Shown here piece after piece: positions 19,054 through 28,537 of a DNA stretch of 64,000 nucleotides. Position numbers and translations under genes: made by a program. How positions within the stretch are numbered: position 1 is the stretch's first letter; every line of letters starts with the position of its first letter. Origin of the DNA: Candidatus Pyrohabitans jungbluthii (GTDB lineage: Archaea > Hydrothermarchaeota > Hydrothermarchaeia > Hydrothermarchaeales > BMS3B); the NCBI GenBank assembly GCA_002010065.2, contig MTMD02000002.1, positions 96,001 to 160,000 of the forward strand, read 5' to 3'. The notes under the pieces were generated by a model that was not told the origin of the DNA, searched no databases, and saw only the letters and a program-made list of their open reading frames with translations.

Positions 19054-20268
19054 TTGGTAGAGCTTAAGGTTACAAATCGCGGCGTTTGCGTTCCAGGGTT
19101 TATGGCAGCTGGGGTTAAGCGCGGAAAGTACGGCGTCGCCCTTATCAGAAGCGAAGCCCCTGCGAAGGCCTCGGTTATGCTCACCTCAAATAAGGTTAAG
19201 GCGGCGCCTCTGTTGGTCTCCAAGGAGCATGTGAACAACGATATTTTCGGGATAATCGCAAACTCTGGCAACGCGAATGCGTTTACCGGCGACGCTGGCA
19301 TGGAGGATGCCCGCGAGATGTGCTCGCTCGCGGCAAAGTTGCTTGGGGGCAAAGCGGAGAACTACCTCGTGGCAAGTACCGGCGTTATAGGCAGGAGGCT
19401 TGACCTGGCTACGGTTGAGAGGCTCGCTAACGAAGCCGCTCGCTCGCTGGAAACCTCGCCAAAGGCAAGCGAGGCTGCGGCTCGAGCTATAATGACCACC
19501 GACACCTTTCCAAAGATCTGCTCAGTCGAAGTTGAGCTCAGCGACGGCTCCCGCTACGAGGTAGGGGGCATAGCCAAAGGCGCGGGGATGATCGCGCCAA
19601 AGCTCAGCCATGCGACGATGCTTTGTTTCCTCACCACCAACGCGCGCCTGGAAAAGGAGGAGATGGACGAAGCGCTAGCTAAGGCGGTGGAGCAGAGCTT
19701 CAACCGCGTGGTTGTGGACGGCGACACAAGCACCAACGACTTTGTTGTTCTGCTCGCAAATGGAAGTGCAGCTAACGATAGCATCGAGGGCTTCCAGGAG
19801 GCACTGAATTTTGTTACGCAGACGCTCGCAAAGAGCATCGCTCGAGACGGAGAAGGGGCGACGAAGTACATAGAGGTGCGCGTTTTGGGTGCTGTGAGCG
19901 ATAGCGACGCAAATTTAGCCGCTAGAGCAGTGGTTGGCTCAAATTTAGTGAAAAGCGCTGTCTTTGGGGGCGACCCAAACTGGGGGCGAATAATCGCCGC
20001 CTTAGGCTACTCGGGCGCTGAGGTCGTGCCTGAAAAGATAACCCTGTACGTGGGTACAAAAGGCGACGAGAGAAGGGTGTGCCTGGTTGAAAAGGGGAAA
20101 CCCCTCGCTCTTGAGGGCACCGCAGAGCTTAAAGCAGCGGAGGAGGTGCTTAGACAAAAGGAGATTTACATCACCGCAGAGCTTAACCTTGGCAGAGGCA
20201 GGGGCGAAGCATACGGCTGCGATCTAACTTATGAGTACATCAGGATAAACGCCGAGTACACCACATGA
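19054..20268 (+). CDS. argJ: Ornithine acetyltransferase / N-acetylglutamate synthase
   Basis: NSGNANAFTG, IMTTDT, KGAGMIAP...ATML, DGDTSTND, DGEGATK, INAEYTT. Confidence 0.95.
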   Translation: MVELKVTNRGVCVPGFMAAGVKRGKYGVALIRSEAPAKASVMLTSNKVKAAPLLVSKEHVNNDIFGIIANSGNANAFTGDAGMEDAREMCSLAAKLLGGKAENYLVASTGVIGRRLDLATVERLANEAARSLETSPKASEAAARAIMTTDTFPKICSVEVELSDGSRYEVGGIAKGAGMIAPKLSHATMLCFLTTNARLEKEEMDEALAKAVEQSFNRVVVDGDTSTNDFVVLLANGSAANDSIEGFQEALNFVTQTLAKSIARDGEGATKYIEVRVLGAVSDSDANLAARAVVGSNLVKSAVFGGDPNWGRIIAALGYSGAEVVPEKITLYVGTKGDERRVCLVEKGKPLALEGTAELKAAEEVLRQKEIYITAELNLGRGRGEAYGCDLTYEYIRINAEYTT

Positions 20269-20336
20269 CTTAAAACTTCTTTTCGGAAATGTTAAATATT
20301 CTTAAGGAGAAATTAAGAGCGAAGCTAGGGGTAGCC

Positions 20337-20624
20337 ATGGAGATAGAAAAAATCAACCTTGAAAAAGGCTCAGCAACTGGATTGAGAATCCTCCTCGGGA
20401 AAGCACCGCTTATAGTAATTAAGGCAGAAAAAGGCTACCTTATGTGCGGCTACCTCAATATAGAGGTGGCTGAGAAGCTTGGCGATGCTGCGGCGGTTGT
20501 GAGAGGGGTTAACACTTTCGAGGACATGCTCGAAAAAGAGGTTGCAGAGGTCACTAGTGCAGCGGAAGCACTTGGCATAAGGAGAGGGATGAAAGGTAGG
20601 GAAGCGCTGGAGAGGATGCTGTGA
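20337..20624 (+). CDS. YunC/DUF1805-family protein
   Basis: KGYLMCGYLNIEVAEKLGDAAAVVRGV...LGIRRGMKGREAL. Confidence 0.85.
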   Translation: MEIEKINLEKGSATGLRILLGKAPLIVIKAEKGYLMCGYLNIEVAEKLGDAAAVVRGVNTFEDMLEKEVAEVTSAAEALGIRRGMKGREALERML

Positions 20625-21544
20625 TGAGACCCTCGCTAGTATTGGTGCTTTTCCTGATACTGCTCACCCCCGTGCATGGAATTGAAATCACAAACTATGT
20701 GGCAAGCTTGGAAATATCCAACGATTATGGAATAGAGGAAGTGACGATCACAATATTCAATAACCAGAACATCACCATTACCGAGTTTCGATACCCCTTC
20801 TCCGGAAAGCTTAGAAATGTGATGGTCAGGAGCGGAGAGGAAGAGCTTAACTTCCGGGTAGAGAAGAGAGGTGAGCGCTCCTACATCGTGACAACCCTGC
20901 CAAAGCCTCTGCGCTTCGGCGACACCTACGAAATTACCTACCGCTACACCCTAGAACACATCGTGGAGAGGCACGAGAATATCTACATCCTGAGCGTAAC
21001 CCACTCCCTCTTCGCAAATGTAAAGAACTTCAAGTTCACCATAGCCTTACCACCTGGCTACGGTGTGGTGGAGAACGGAGTCAGCCCGGAGAGTGAGCCC
21101 ACCTCTGATGGGAGGAGAGTTATACTAAAATGGGAGCTCCACGAACCTATACCGCCAGAGTTTAAGGATTTCAGAGTTATTGTGATTTATGAGAACCTTT
21201 TCGAGGCGAGAGATTATATTTACATAGCTTTGCTCTTAATCGCCGCTGTAATCATACTCTTCCTTACATACAAGTATCTAAAGGCGAAGGGGATATCTAT
21301 TAGGTTGTTGCTCGACAGAAAGAAGAGGCTTGAAGAGAAGATAGAAATCCTCAAAGAGGATGAACAGAAGATAATGAAGCTGATAATAGAGAATGAAGGC
21401 ATAGACCAGCGAGACATTGTTAGAATTACAGGTTTTTCTAAAACAAAGGTAAGTAAGATATTATCTGAGCTTGAAAAGAGAGGAGCCATAAGGAAGGAGC
21501 AGGTAGGTAGAAGAAACAAGATATATCTTGCAAAGAAGCCATGA
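20621..21544 (+). CDS. Membrane-anchored regulator: signal peptide, extracellular beta domain, TM, C-terminal winged HTH
   Basis: C-terminal LKEDEQKIMKLIIENEGIDQRDIVRITGFSKTKVSKILSELEKRGAIRKEQVGRRNKI. Confidence 0.8.
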   Translation: MMRPSLVLVLFLILLTPVHGIEITNYVASLEISNDYGIEEVTITIFNNQNITITEFRYPFSGKLRNVMVRSGEEELNFRVEKRGERSYIVTTLPKPLRFGDTYEITYRYTLEHIVERHENIYILSVTHSLFANVKNFKFTIALPPGYGVVENGVSPESEPTSDGRRVILKWELHEPIPPEFKDFRVIVIYENLFEARDYIYIALLLIAAVIILFLTYKYLKAKGISIRLLLDRKKRLEEKIEILKEDEQKIMKLIIENEGIDQRDIVRITGFSKTKVSKILSELEKRGAIRKEQVGRRNKIYLAKKP

Positions 21545-21765
21545 TTTTCCATATGAAAACGTATGAAAACGTTACATCCAATATGGAAATTTCCGTAACG
21601 ACAAGGAGTAAATTTTAGCTGCTATTCGGTGAAAGGAACATTGTAAAACAAAAGGAAACAAAAAGGTTTTTAAAACACTTTTATTTTATGAGCATGTCTA
21701 AATGGTTATCAGAAAAATTTTATATCACTCATCCGGGACTATTATTAGAACGTGGTGAGGTGAAC

Positions 21766-21987
21766 ATGAAGAGGTTTGCAAATACCGCTCAGAAGGTTAA
21801 GGCAATCCTCGAGGTATTTGAGGGGAGGGAGAAGCTAGCCGGGGATGAGATAGTAACAAGACTCCGTGAGCGTGGCTACGATGTCAACCCTGGAAATATA
21901 AAGATGTTCATACGCTACCACATGCTTTACAAGTACCTGCGCAAGGAGTCGAGAAGCGGAAAGAACCTGTACTTCCTTATAAGTTAG
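21766..21987 (+). CDS. Small basic winged-helix-like hypothetical protein
   Basis: GGTGAGGTGA RBS before ATG 21766; KVKAILEVFEG...GDEIVTRLRERGY...YLRKESRSGKNLYFL. Confidence 0.6.
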   Translation: MKRFANTAQKVKAILEVFEGREKLAGDEIVTRLRERGYDVNPGNIKMFIRYHMLYKYLRKESRSGKNLYFLIS

Positions 21988-22023
21988 GATAAATTTTTAA
22001 GTTATCTCCTATCTTCTCTATTC

Positions 22024-22818
22024 ATGCATCTCAGGAAAGTGCTTGAGGAGCTTTTAGCTGGGAAGCTCAGCGTGGAGGAAGCGGAAAGGAAGATCAAGCT
22101 TTTCAGCTTGGAGGAAATCTCCGGTTTATCCAAGCTGGATATAAACAGAGAAGCGAGAGCGGGTGCCCCCGAGGCGGTGTTCGGCGAGGGTAAGAGCGCT
22201 GAGCAGATAATTAAAATTGCTGAGAAGTTTATTGAGCGAAAGGGGAGGTGCATAGTCACCCGCCTAAATGAGGAGAAGATAAGGGCGCTTAAAGAGAAGT
22301 TTGAGGGCAGAGCCAAGGTGGAGATTTATCCCAATGCCAGGCTGGTGGTGCTCAAGGCGAAAGACTTTAAGCTGGAGAAGACAGGCGGCAGGGTAGCGGT
22401 GCTCTGCGCAGGAAGCTCAGACATACCCGCCGCTGAGGAGGCGGAGGTGATCGCGAGGGAGATGGGATGCGAGGTGTTCTCCTTCCGCGATATTGGTATA
22501 GCAGGCATACACCGCCTTCTACCCGCGCTGGAAAAGATTGTGAGCGCCGACGTTGACGTGGCAATAGTGGCGGCTGGCATGGAAGGTGCTCTGCCAAGCG
22601 TAGTCGCAGGTCTTGTGGACATACCAATTATAGGCCTGCCCGTCTCCACAGGCTATGGCATCCACGGCAAGGGCGAGACGGCACTCTTTGCCATGCTCCA
22701 GAGCTGTTCCCCCGGCATAGCGGTGGTGAATATAGACAACGGTTTCGGCGCAGGTGTAGTGGCGGCGCTCATAGCGAACCGTGCTGCGAAGTTTAGACAG
22801 AGAGTATCTCATAAATGA
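22024..22818 (+). CDS. larB: Nickel-pincer cofactor biosynthesis carboxylase LarB
   Basis: PEAVFGEGK, AGSSDIPAAEEA, DIGIAGIHRL, AGMEGALPSVVAGL, VNIDNGFGA. Confidence 0.92.
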   Translation: MHLRKVLEELLAGKLSVEEAERKIKLFSLEEISGLSKLDINREARAGAPEAVFGEGKSAEQIIKIAEKFIERKGRCIVTRLNEEKIRALKEKFEGRAKVEIYPNARLVVLKAKDFKLEKTGGRVAVLCAGSSDIPAAEEAEVIAREMGCEVFSFRDIGIAGIHRLLPALEKIVSADVDVAIVAAGMEGALPSVVAGLVDIPIIGLPVSTGYGIHGKGETALFAMLQSCSPGIAVVNIDNGFGAGVVAALIANRAAKFRQRVSHK

Positions 22819-22839
22819 GCAGGAAGGCGCCAATGGTAC

Positions 22840-22874
22840 GGAAGGGGTGATAGGGGCGGGGAAGGCGCCCCTAT
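22840..22874 (+). repeat. 35-bp palindromic intergenic repeat, copy 1 (between convergent larB and larC)
   Basis: GGAAGGGGTGATAGGGGCGGGGAAGGCGCCCCTAT; stem ATAGGGGCG/CGCCCCTAT; 29/35 identical to the reverse complement of 29816-29850. Confidence 0.7.
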
Positions 22875-24095
22875 TTAGAAAAACTTAGCCCTCGCCTCGC
22901 AGGCGATCCTGCTCAGCACCTCGCGAATGGGTAGCGAGGTTTTCTCGGCGATGCGCCTTGCATCCTCGTACTCTGGCTTCAGGGTCACAACTTTGCCTTT
23001 TTCGTCCAAGCCCAGTTTCACCCTCGCATAGCCCTCGTAGTTTGAGATTCTCACCCTGATTTTCCTGACCTCTCTCCTGAGGGCAAAGCGCATGCTGACC
23101 CTGGAGTACCTCACCCCCAGGGTGCCCAGTTCGCGCATCATCAGCTGAGCGAGCACTTCCTCCTCGCCGAGAGGCGAAATCACCTGGACCACGTAGCCGG
23201 GGCGGTTTTTCTTTGCTACTGTGGGTATAATCTGCACATCCAGCGCTCCCGCCTTGAAGAGCTCTCCCACCGCATTCCCCAGAACCTCGCCAGAGACGTC
23301 GTCAACGCTTGTTTCGAGCAGCGATATCTGCTCCTTCTCCAGCAAGGGCGCTTCGCAGAGGTAAAGCTGGAGCACATTCGGTGCGCTGCTGAGCTGAGCT
23401 GTACCCGCGCCTCTGCCTATGCTCAAAATCTTGGCTACAGGAAGCTCCTCTGAAAACTCCTCCACAAGGCAAGCGAGAATCGCTAGTCCTGTTGGCGTGG
23501 TAAGCTCGCCTTTGTGTCTCTTAAAAAAGGGCACAGCTTTAGCTCTCAGAATCTCCGCAGCCAGGGGCAGGGGCACAGAAAGCTCACCATGCGAGGTTCT
23601 AACCACACCAGAGCCAACATTTACAGGCGTGGAGATTACATTAAAATCTTTAAAAACGCCCAGAGCGTCGAGCAGCGAAGCAGCACCAAGGATGTCGAAT
23701 AGGGTGTCCACACTCCCAAGCTCGTGGAGGTGGGCATGCTGGTCGCAATGAATGCGTGCCTCGCCCTCTATGAGGGTCTCAAGGCATCGCCTGGCAAAGT
23801 CCTTTGCCTCCCTGCTAATCTGACATTTTTCAAGGATTTTTTCCATATAGTATCTGATGTCATCGTAAGATAACCCTTCAAAATCTTCTTCTATATTCAG
23901 CACCACCTGCTTGCACCTGATATTCTTCCTGTTCACATCTCTAAGCTCGAATCTAACTTTTTTCCCTGTCTCGCCCTCAATGAGCTTAACAACCTCTTCC
24001 AGGGCTTCAGAGGGGGCACCTAAGTCCAAAAGTGCGGCGATGAACATATCGCCGCTTATTCCGGCGACGCTCGGGTCTATAAGCAAGAGTTTCAT
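22875..24095 (-). CDS. larC: Nickel insertase LarC
   Basis: GISGDMFIAALLDLG, HLHELGSVDT, GELTTPTG, LETSVDD, KKNRPG, GTLGVR, PEYED. Confidence 0.93.
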   Translation of the reverse strand: MKLLLIDPSVAGISGDMFIAALLDLGAPSEALEEVVKLIEGETGKKVRFELRDVNRKNIRCKQVVLNIEEDFEGLSYDDIRYYMEKILEKCQISREAKDFARRCLETLIEGEARIHCDQHAHLHELGSVDTLFDILGAASLLDALGVFKDFNVISTPVNVGSGVVRTSHGELSVPLPLAAEILRAKAVPFFKRHKGELTTPTGLAILACLVEEFSEELPVAKILSIGRGAGTAQLSSAPNVLQLYLCEAPLLEKEQISLLETSVDDVSGEVLGNAVGELFKAGALDVQIIPTVAKKNRPGYVVQVISPLGEEEVLAQLMMRELGTLGVRYSRVSMRFALRREVRKIRVRISNYEGYARVKLGLDEKGKVVTLKPEYEDARRIAEKTSLPIREVLSRIACEARAKFF

Positions 24096-24604
24096 GGCTG
24101 CTCACGCATGTACTCTTTCGCCAAAGCGTGATAAACCTCGGCGTTTTTCTTTATCGCCTTCACCTCCTCCCTGCTGAGCTCCCTCACAACCTTCGCCGGC
24201 ACACCAAGGATAAGCGAGTTTGGCGGAAAGCTTTTGCCCTCTGTGAGCACAGCGCCAGCGCCCACAAGGCAGTTCTCACCAACATCCACGCCATTCAGCA
24301 CCACAGCGCCCATTCCTATAAGCGAATTGCTCCCAATCCTGCACCCGTGGATGACGCACCCGTGGGCTATGCTCACAAAGTCGCCTATCTCTACTGGAAA
24401 GCCCTTGGAGACATGGATAACTGCGCCGTCCTGCACATTGGAGTACCTGCCTATTTTAATCCTATCCCTATCCCCCCGCAAAACTGCGTTGTACCATACG
24501 CTAGAAAAATCGCCTATCTCCACGTCGCCAATTAGTTGCGCAGATGGAGCTACGAACACATCCTTTCCCAACCTCGGTGAAATCCCTCTGAAGCTCATGA
24601 GCAT
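24092..24604 (-). CDS. Gamma-class carbonic anhydrase family protein
   Basis: Hexapeptide repeats, AVLRGD, NVQDGAVIH, IAHGCVIHGC. Confidence 0.9.
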   Translation of the reverse strand: MLMSFRGISPRLGKDVFVAPSAQLIGDVEIGDFSSVWYNAVLRGDRDRIKIGRYSNVQDGAVIHVSKGFPVEIGDFVSIAHGCVIHGCRIGSNSLIGMGAVVLNGVDVGENCLVGAGAVLTEGKSFPPNSLILGVPAKVVRELSREEVKAIKKNAEVYHALAKEYMREQP

Positions 24605-24608
24605 GCAA

Positions 24609-25604
24609 TCACTTCCTGAAGCTGGTAATCAGCTTTGGCTTTTTTCCTATTAAAACCATGTCCTCAATCCTTACACCTATCTCCCTATAAACCCCAGGTT
24701 CTACTGTCACCACCATTCCCTCGCGAAGCTCCTCCTTCCCGTGCATGCTTAAGGTAGGAGCCTCGTGCACCTCCAATCCAAGCCCATGTCCCGTGGAATG
24801 CAGAAAGTACTTCTCTAAGCGATACTCCCGCAGCACCTCGCGGGCAGCATTGTCAACCTCACGCACAAGGCTGCCGGCAACGCAATGTTCAATCGCCGCC
24901 CTCTGAGCTTCGAGCACCGCCTCATAAATCTCCTGGAAGGCTTTGCTTTCGGCGAGGGAAAAGCTGCGCGTTATATCGCTTGCGTAGTGCTCAAACCTCG
25001 CCCCCAGGTCGACAATAATCGAAGAAGGCTCAAGGGGAACCGCTTTTGGCGTGTGGTGAGGGATAGCGGAGTTCTCACCTGAGGCGATGATCACATCGAA
25101 GGCAGCATCGGCTTCCCTCTCCAACAGGTACCCAGCGTAGGCGGCAAGTTCCTTCTCACTCTCGGCTTGGGTAAGCCTCTCGGCGACTTTCCCCATTACT
25201 TGCTCTGCTATCCGCGCCGCCTTTTTTATCCTCTTCAGCTCCTCCTTCTCCTTCACCTTCCGCATATCCTCCAAGAACCCTAGGTTAGCCACCTGCCTCC
25301 CTTTAAGATACCTCTCATAGAACTCATAATTGGCGTACCCCTTCTCTATGCCAACTCGCTTACCCTTTATCTGCTTTAACCTTCGTCTGAAGTTCTTGAC
25401 CACCTCCACCTCTACGTTTGAGCCTTCGCTTCGCTTCCCATCCATTGGCGAGACGAGAAGTCTTGGGTTGTCCTCAAGAAGCAGGGCCGCAAAAGCTGAG
25501 GGATAAAAACCGGTGAGGTAGTATATGTTCTGGGGCTTCAGCACTATACCTGTGCTCACCTTTCTCTTCCTAAGCTCCTCAAGGGCTCTCTCAAGGCGGT
25601 TCAT
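24609..25604 (-). CDS. pepQ: Xaa-Pro peptidase (M24B)
   Basis: VDLGARFEHYASDITR, HSTGHGLGLEVHE, TVEPGVY, GVRIED. Confidence 0.9.
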   Translation of the reverse strand: MNRLERALEELRKRKVSTGIVLKPQNIYYLTGFYPSAFAALLLEDNPRLLVSPMDGKRSEGSNVEVEVVKNFRRRLKQIKGKRVGIEKGYANYEFYERYLKGRQVANLGFLEDMRKVKEKEELKRIKKAARIAEQVMGKVAERLTQAESEKELAAYAGYLLEREADAAFDVIIASGENSAIPHHTPKAVPLEPSSIIVDLGARFEHYASDITRSFSLAESKAFQEIYEAVLEAQRAAIEHCVAGSLVREVDNAAREVLREYRLEKYFLHSTGHGLGLEVHEAPTLSMHGKEELREGMVVTVEPGVYREIGVRIEDMVLIGKKPKLITSFRK

Positions 25605-25675
25605 GTGAGTTAATTATCTGCGCAGGTTTTTATATATAATCTGAATTGAAAAATTATGCGTTTGACTAAGAGGAC

Positions 25676-26680
25676 TCACCTGAATATCAGCATCGCATCC
25701 CCAAAGCTGTAAAAGCGGTACCTGTGCTTAATCGCCTCCTGGTAAGCCCTGAGAATCCGCTCCCTCCCTGCGAAGGCGCTCACGAGCATTAGAAGCGTAG
25801 AGCGGGGGAGGTGGAAATTGGTTATTAGCCCGGCATAGGGCAGCCTGAACTCGTAGCCAGGGTAGATGAAGAGCGTAGTCGTAGAAACGCCCGGAACAAC
25901 TCCTCCGTCCTGAAAGGCGCTCTCCAGGGCGCGAACAGTCGTCGTACCCACGGCGAAAACCCTGCACCCCTCTTCCAGCGCACGGTTTATCTTCTCTGCC
26001 TCATTGCGGGGTATCTCAAAATGCTCCTCGTGCATTCGATGCTTTTCCACCTCCTCCACCTTCACAGGCAGAAACGTGCCAAGACCAACGTGCAGTGTTA
26101 TGAAAGCAAACTCCACGCCGCGGCTGCGGAGCTCAGCTAAAAGCTCCTGTGTAAAGTGAAACCCTGCGGTGGGTGCGGCGATGCTCCCGTCCTTGCTTGC
26201 ATAAACCGTCTGGTACTCCTCCGGGTTATCTACCCTCCTCTTTATGTACGGCGGGGTTGGCATCTCACCTATCTTCCACATCGCCTGTCTAATATCTCCA
26301 CCACTGAAGCGGACCACAAGTTTACCTTCGCTTTTATTCTCAACCCGAGCATGTATTCCAGAAGGAAATATTATCTCCATGCTCTCCCTCAGCTTGCCCT
26401 TGAAGAGGCACTCCCACAGGTTCTCCTCAAGCTCCTTCACCAGAAGAAGCTCCACCCTGCCGCCAGTGCTCTTCTTCCCCTTAAGGCGCGCAGGAATTAC
26501 GCGAGAATTGTTGAAAACAAGCAGGTCGCCCCTCTCAAGGTAGCGTACTATTTCCCTGAAGATGCGGTGCTCTATATTGTCGCCTCGCAGCACCATTAAC
26601 TTTGAGGCATCCCTCCTTCTAAGGGGCTCCTGGGCGATAAGCTCCTTTGGCAGGGCGTAGTCGAAGTCGCTCAATTTCAT
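25676..26680 (-). CDS. queA: S-adenosylmethionine:tRNA ribosyltransferase-isomerase QueA
   Basis: MKLSDFDYALPKELIAQEP, NNSRVIPARL, PPYIKR, YQTVYA, AAPTAGFHFT, LHVGLGTF, VGTTTVRALES, TNFHLPRSTL, YRFYSFGDAMLI. Confidence 0.96.
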   Translation of the reverse strand: MKLSDFDYALPKELIAQEPLRRRDASKLMVLRGDNIEHRIFREIVRYLERGDLLVFNNSRVIPARLKGKKSTGGRVELLLVKELEENLWECLFKGKLRESMEIIFPSGIHARVENKSEGKLVVRFSGGDIRQAMWKIGEMPTPPYIKRRVDNPEEYQTVYASKDGSIAAPTAGFHFTQELLAELRSRGVEFAFITLHVGLGTFLPVKVEEVEKHRMHEEHFEIPRNEAEKINRALEEGCRVFAVGTTTVRALESAFQDGGVVPGVSTTTLFIYPGYEFRLPYAGLITNFHLPRSTLLMLVSAFAGRERILRAYQEAIKHRYRFYSFGDAMLIFR

Positions 26681-26861
26681 AGTCAACAAAGGAGAGGTTC
26701 ACGTGGAAAATATATAGTTTAACCTTAATTTTAACAAAACCTCCACCGCAGGATACCGAACAAAACTTTTAAATATTTATTAAATTAATTACACAGGTGG
26801 CTTAGTGGAAGCCCGCTCCGATAATCTGATATTACAAAAAGCTCTGCAGGAGATTGAGAGG

Positions 26862-27554
26862 ATGAAGGAAGTAAGCATTGCCAAGGGTCTGGTAATTCTT
26901 GTTATCCTTTTGAGCATGCTCTCCGTGGCTCATGCCAAGCCAGAGTATGCGGAAAAGACTGGCGAAAGCTGCGTTGTCTGCCATCCCAATGGTCCGCCTG
27001 AACTGGGACCTGCGGGAGAGTACTACAAGGAGCACGGCACCCTCGAAGGCTACGGCGAGCTTCCAGCAGGAGAGCCTGAGCCAGGGGGGAGGTGCAACGT
27101 CTGCCATGCCCAGTTCAAGCCCAACCCCACGCCCCGGGACTTGAGCGCTGCTCCGCGAGAGCCCAACCACAGGTTTGAGTTCAACCACGGCGGCGGCAAG
27201 TTCTGGTGCCTCACCTGCCACAACCCTGTGAACCGCGACACCCTTCGCCTTTTCAACGGGAGCGAAATCCCCTTTGAGGATGCTCCTGAACTATGCGCCC
27301 AGTGCCATGGCGTGATTTACCAAGAGTGGAAGGACCACATCCACGGCAGGTGGGTTGGCAGTATCGAAAGCCCAGAGCCGGATGTTATATGTACAGATTG
27401 CCACAACCCGCATGATCCAGAGTTCAAACCGATTAAGCCAGAGAAGCCGCCGGAGAAGCCTCCAGCTTCAAAGGAGATTCCCAACTATCCGGTATACTCT
27501 TTCATAGTGCTAGCACTAAGCCTTTTGCTTGCTGTGTACGCCGCGTGGAGGTAG
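26862..27554 (+). CDS. Pentaheme c-type cytochrome, exported and C-terminally membrane-anchored
   Basis: Five CxxCH motifs (CVVCH, CNVCH, CLTCH, CAQCH, CTDCH); signal peptide and C-terminal TM. Confidence 0.9.
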   Translation: MKEVSIAKGLVILVILLSMLSVAHAKPEYAEKTGESCVVCHPNGPPELGPAGEYYKEHGTLEGYGELPAGEPEPGGRCNVCHAQFKPNPTPRDLSAAPREPNHRFEFNHGGGKFWCLTCHNPVNRDTLRLFNGSEIPFEDAPELCAQCHGVIYQEWKDHIHGRWVGSIESPEPDVICTDCHNPHDPEFKPIKPEKPPEKPPASKEIPNYPVYSFIVLALSLLLAVYAAWR

Positions 27555-27558
27555 AGAG

Positions 27559-28536
27559 ATGGTTGACGAGAGCAGGAGAGACTTCCTCAAAAAAGCGGCT
27601 GCTGGTGCAACCGCAGCTGTTATTCCTTTCGCAAACGTGCGTATCCCAGTAATTGACGTAACCCTCGAGGAGTTCTTCCAGAAACACTACAAAGAGATGA
27701 GTGACGATGACAAGAAGCGCGTTATAGAGCGTCTTAAGAAAGAGTACAAGGAGAAGTACGGTATAGACGCTGAGATAAAGACGACGCCACCAAAGGAAGG
27801 CGTTGTTTGGGGCTACGCGCTCAATATACAGAAGTGCATCGGCTGCAGGCGCTGCGTCTATGCCTGCATGCGGGAGAACAACCAGTCTCGAGCCTCACCT
27901 AAGGATCCGACTAAAAGCGAGATACAGTGGATCCGCGTGCTTGAGATAGAGAAGTTCAAGATTCACCCTGGCGAGGAAGGCAAAGACTTCCGTACTCGCT
28001 TTGGCGAGATTATTGCGGGCGTCAACTTAGAGGAGAATGAGCACTACTACAACCCGGAGCATGTGCCAGAGGAGGATAAATTCTACGTGCCTATCCAGTG
28101 CCAGCAGTGCGAGCGCCCACCCTGTGTGAAGGTGTGCCCAACAAAAGCTACATGGAAGGAGCCTGACGGAATAATCGTGGTGGACTACAACTGGTGCATT
28201 GGCTGCAGATTCTGCCTCGCCGCGTGCCCCTACTGGGCTCGCAGGTTTAACTGGAGCGATCCATATTTACCCAAGGAGGAGATCAACCCCAAGATGCACT
28301 ACCTGGGCAATCGTATCCGCATGCGTGGCGTTGTGGAAAAGTGCACCTTCTGCATACAGCGCACCAGAGAGGGGCGCTACCCCGCGTGCGTGGAAGCTTG
28401 TCCAGTGGGTGCAAGGAAGTTCGGCAACCTGCTTGATCCAGAGAGCGATGTGAGGAAGGTGCTGGAGAAAAAGCGCGTCTTCCGGCTGAAAGAGGAACTC
28501 GGAACGCAGCCGAAATTCTTCTACTTCATGGACTGA
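27559..28536 (+). CDS. Tat-exported 4Fe-4S protein (NrfC/DsrO/QrcC family)
   Basis: SRRDFLK twin-arginine; CIGCRRCVYAC, CQQCERPPCVKVCP, CIGCRFCLAACP, KCTFC...PACVEACP. Confidence 0.9.
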   Translation: MVDESRRDFLKKAAAGATAAVIPFANVRIPVIDVTLEEFFQKHYKEMSDDDKKRVIERLKKEYKEKYGIDAEIKTTPPKEGVVWGYALNIQKCIGCRRCVYACMRENNQSRASPKDPTKSEIQWIRVLEIEKFKIHPGEEGKDFRTRFGEIIAGVNLEENEHYYNPEHVPEEDKFYVPIQCQQCERPPCVKVCPTKATWKEPDGIIVVDYNWCIGCRFCLAACPYWARRFNWSDPYLPKEEINPKMHYLGNRIRMRGVVEKCTFCIQRTREGRYPACVEACPVGARKFGNLLDPESDVRKVLEKKRVFRLKEELGTQPKFFYFMD

Positions 28537-28537
28537 G

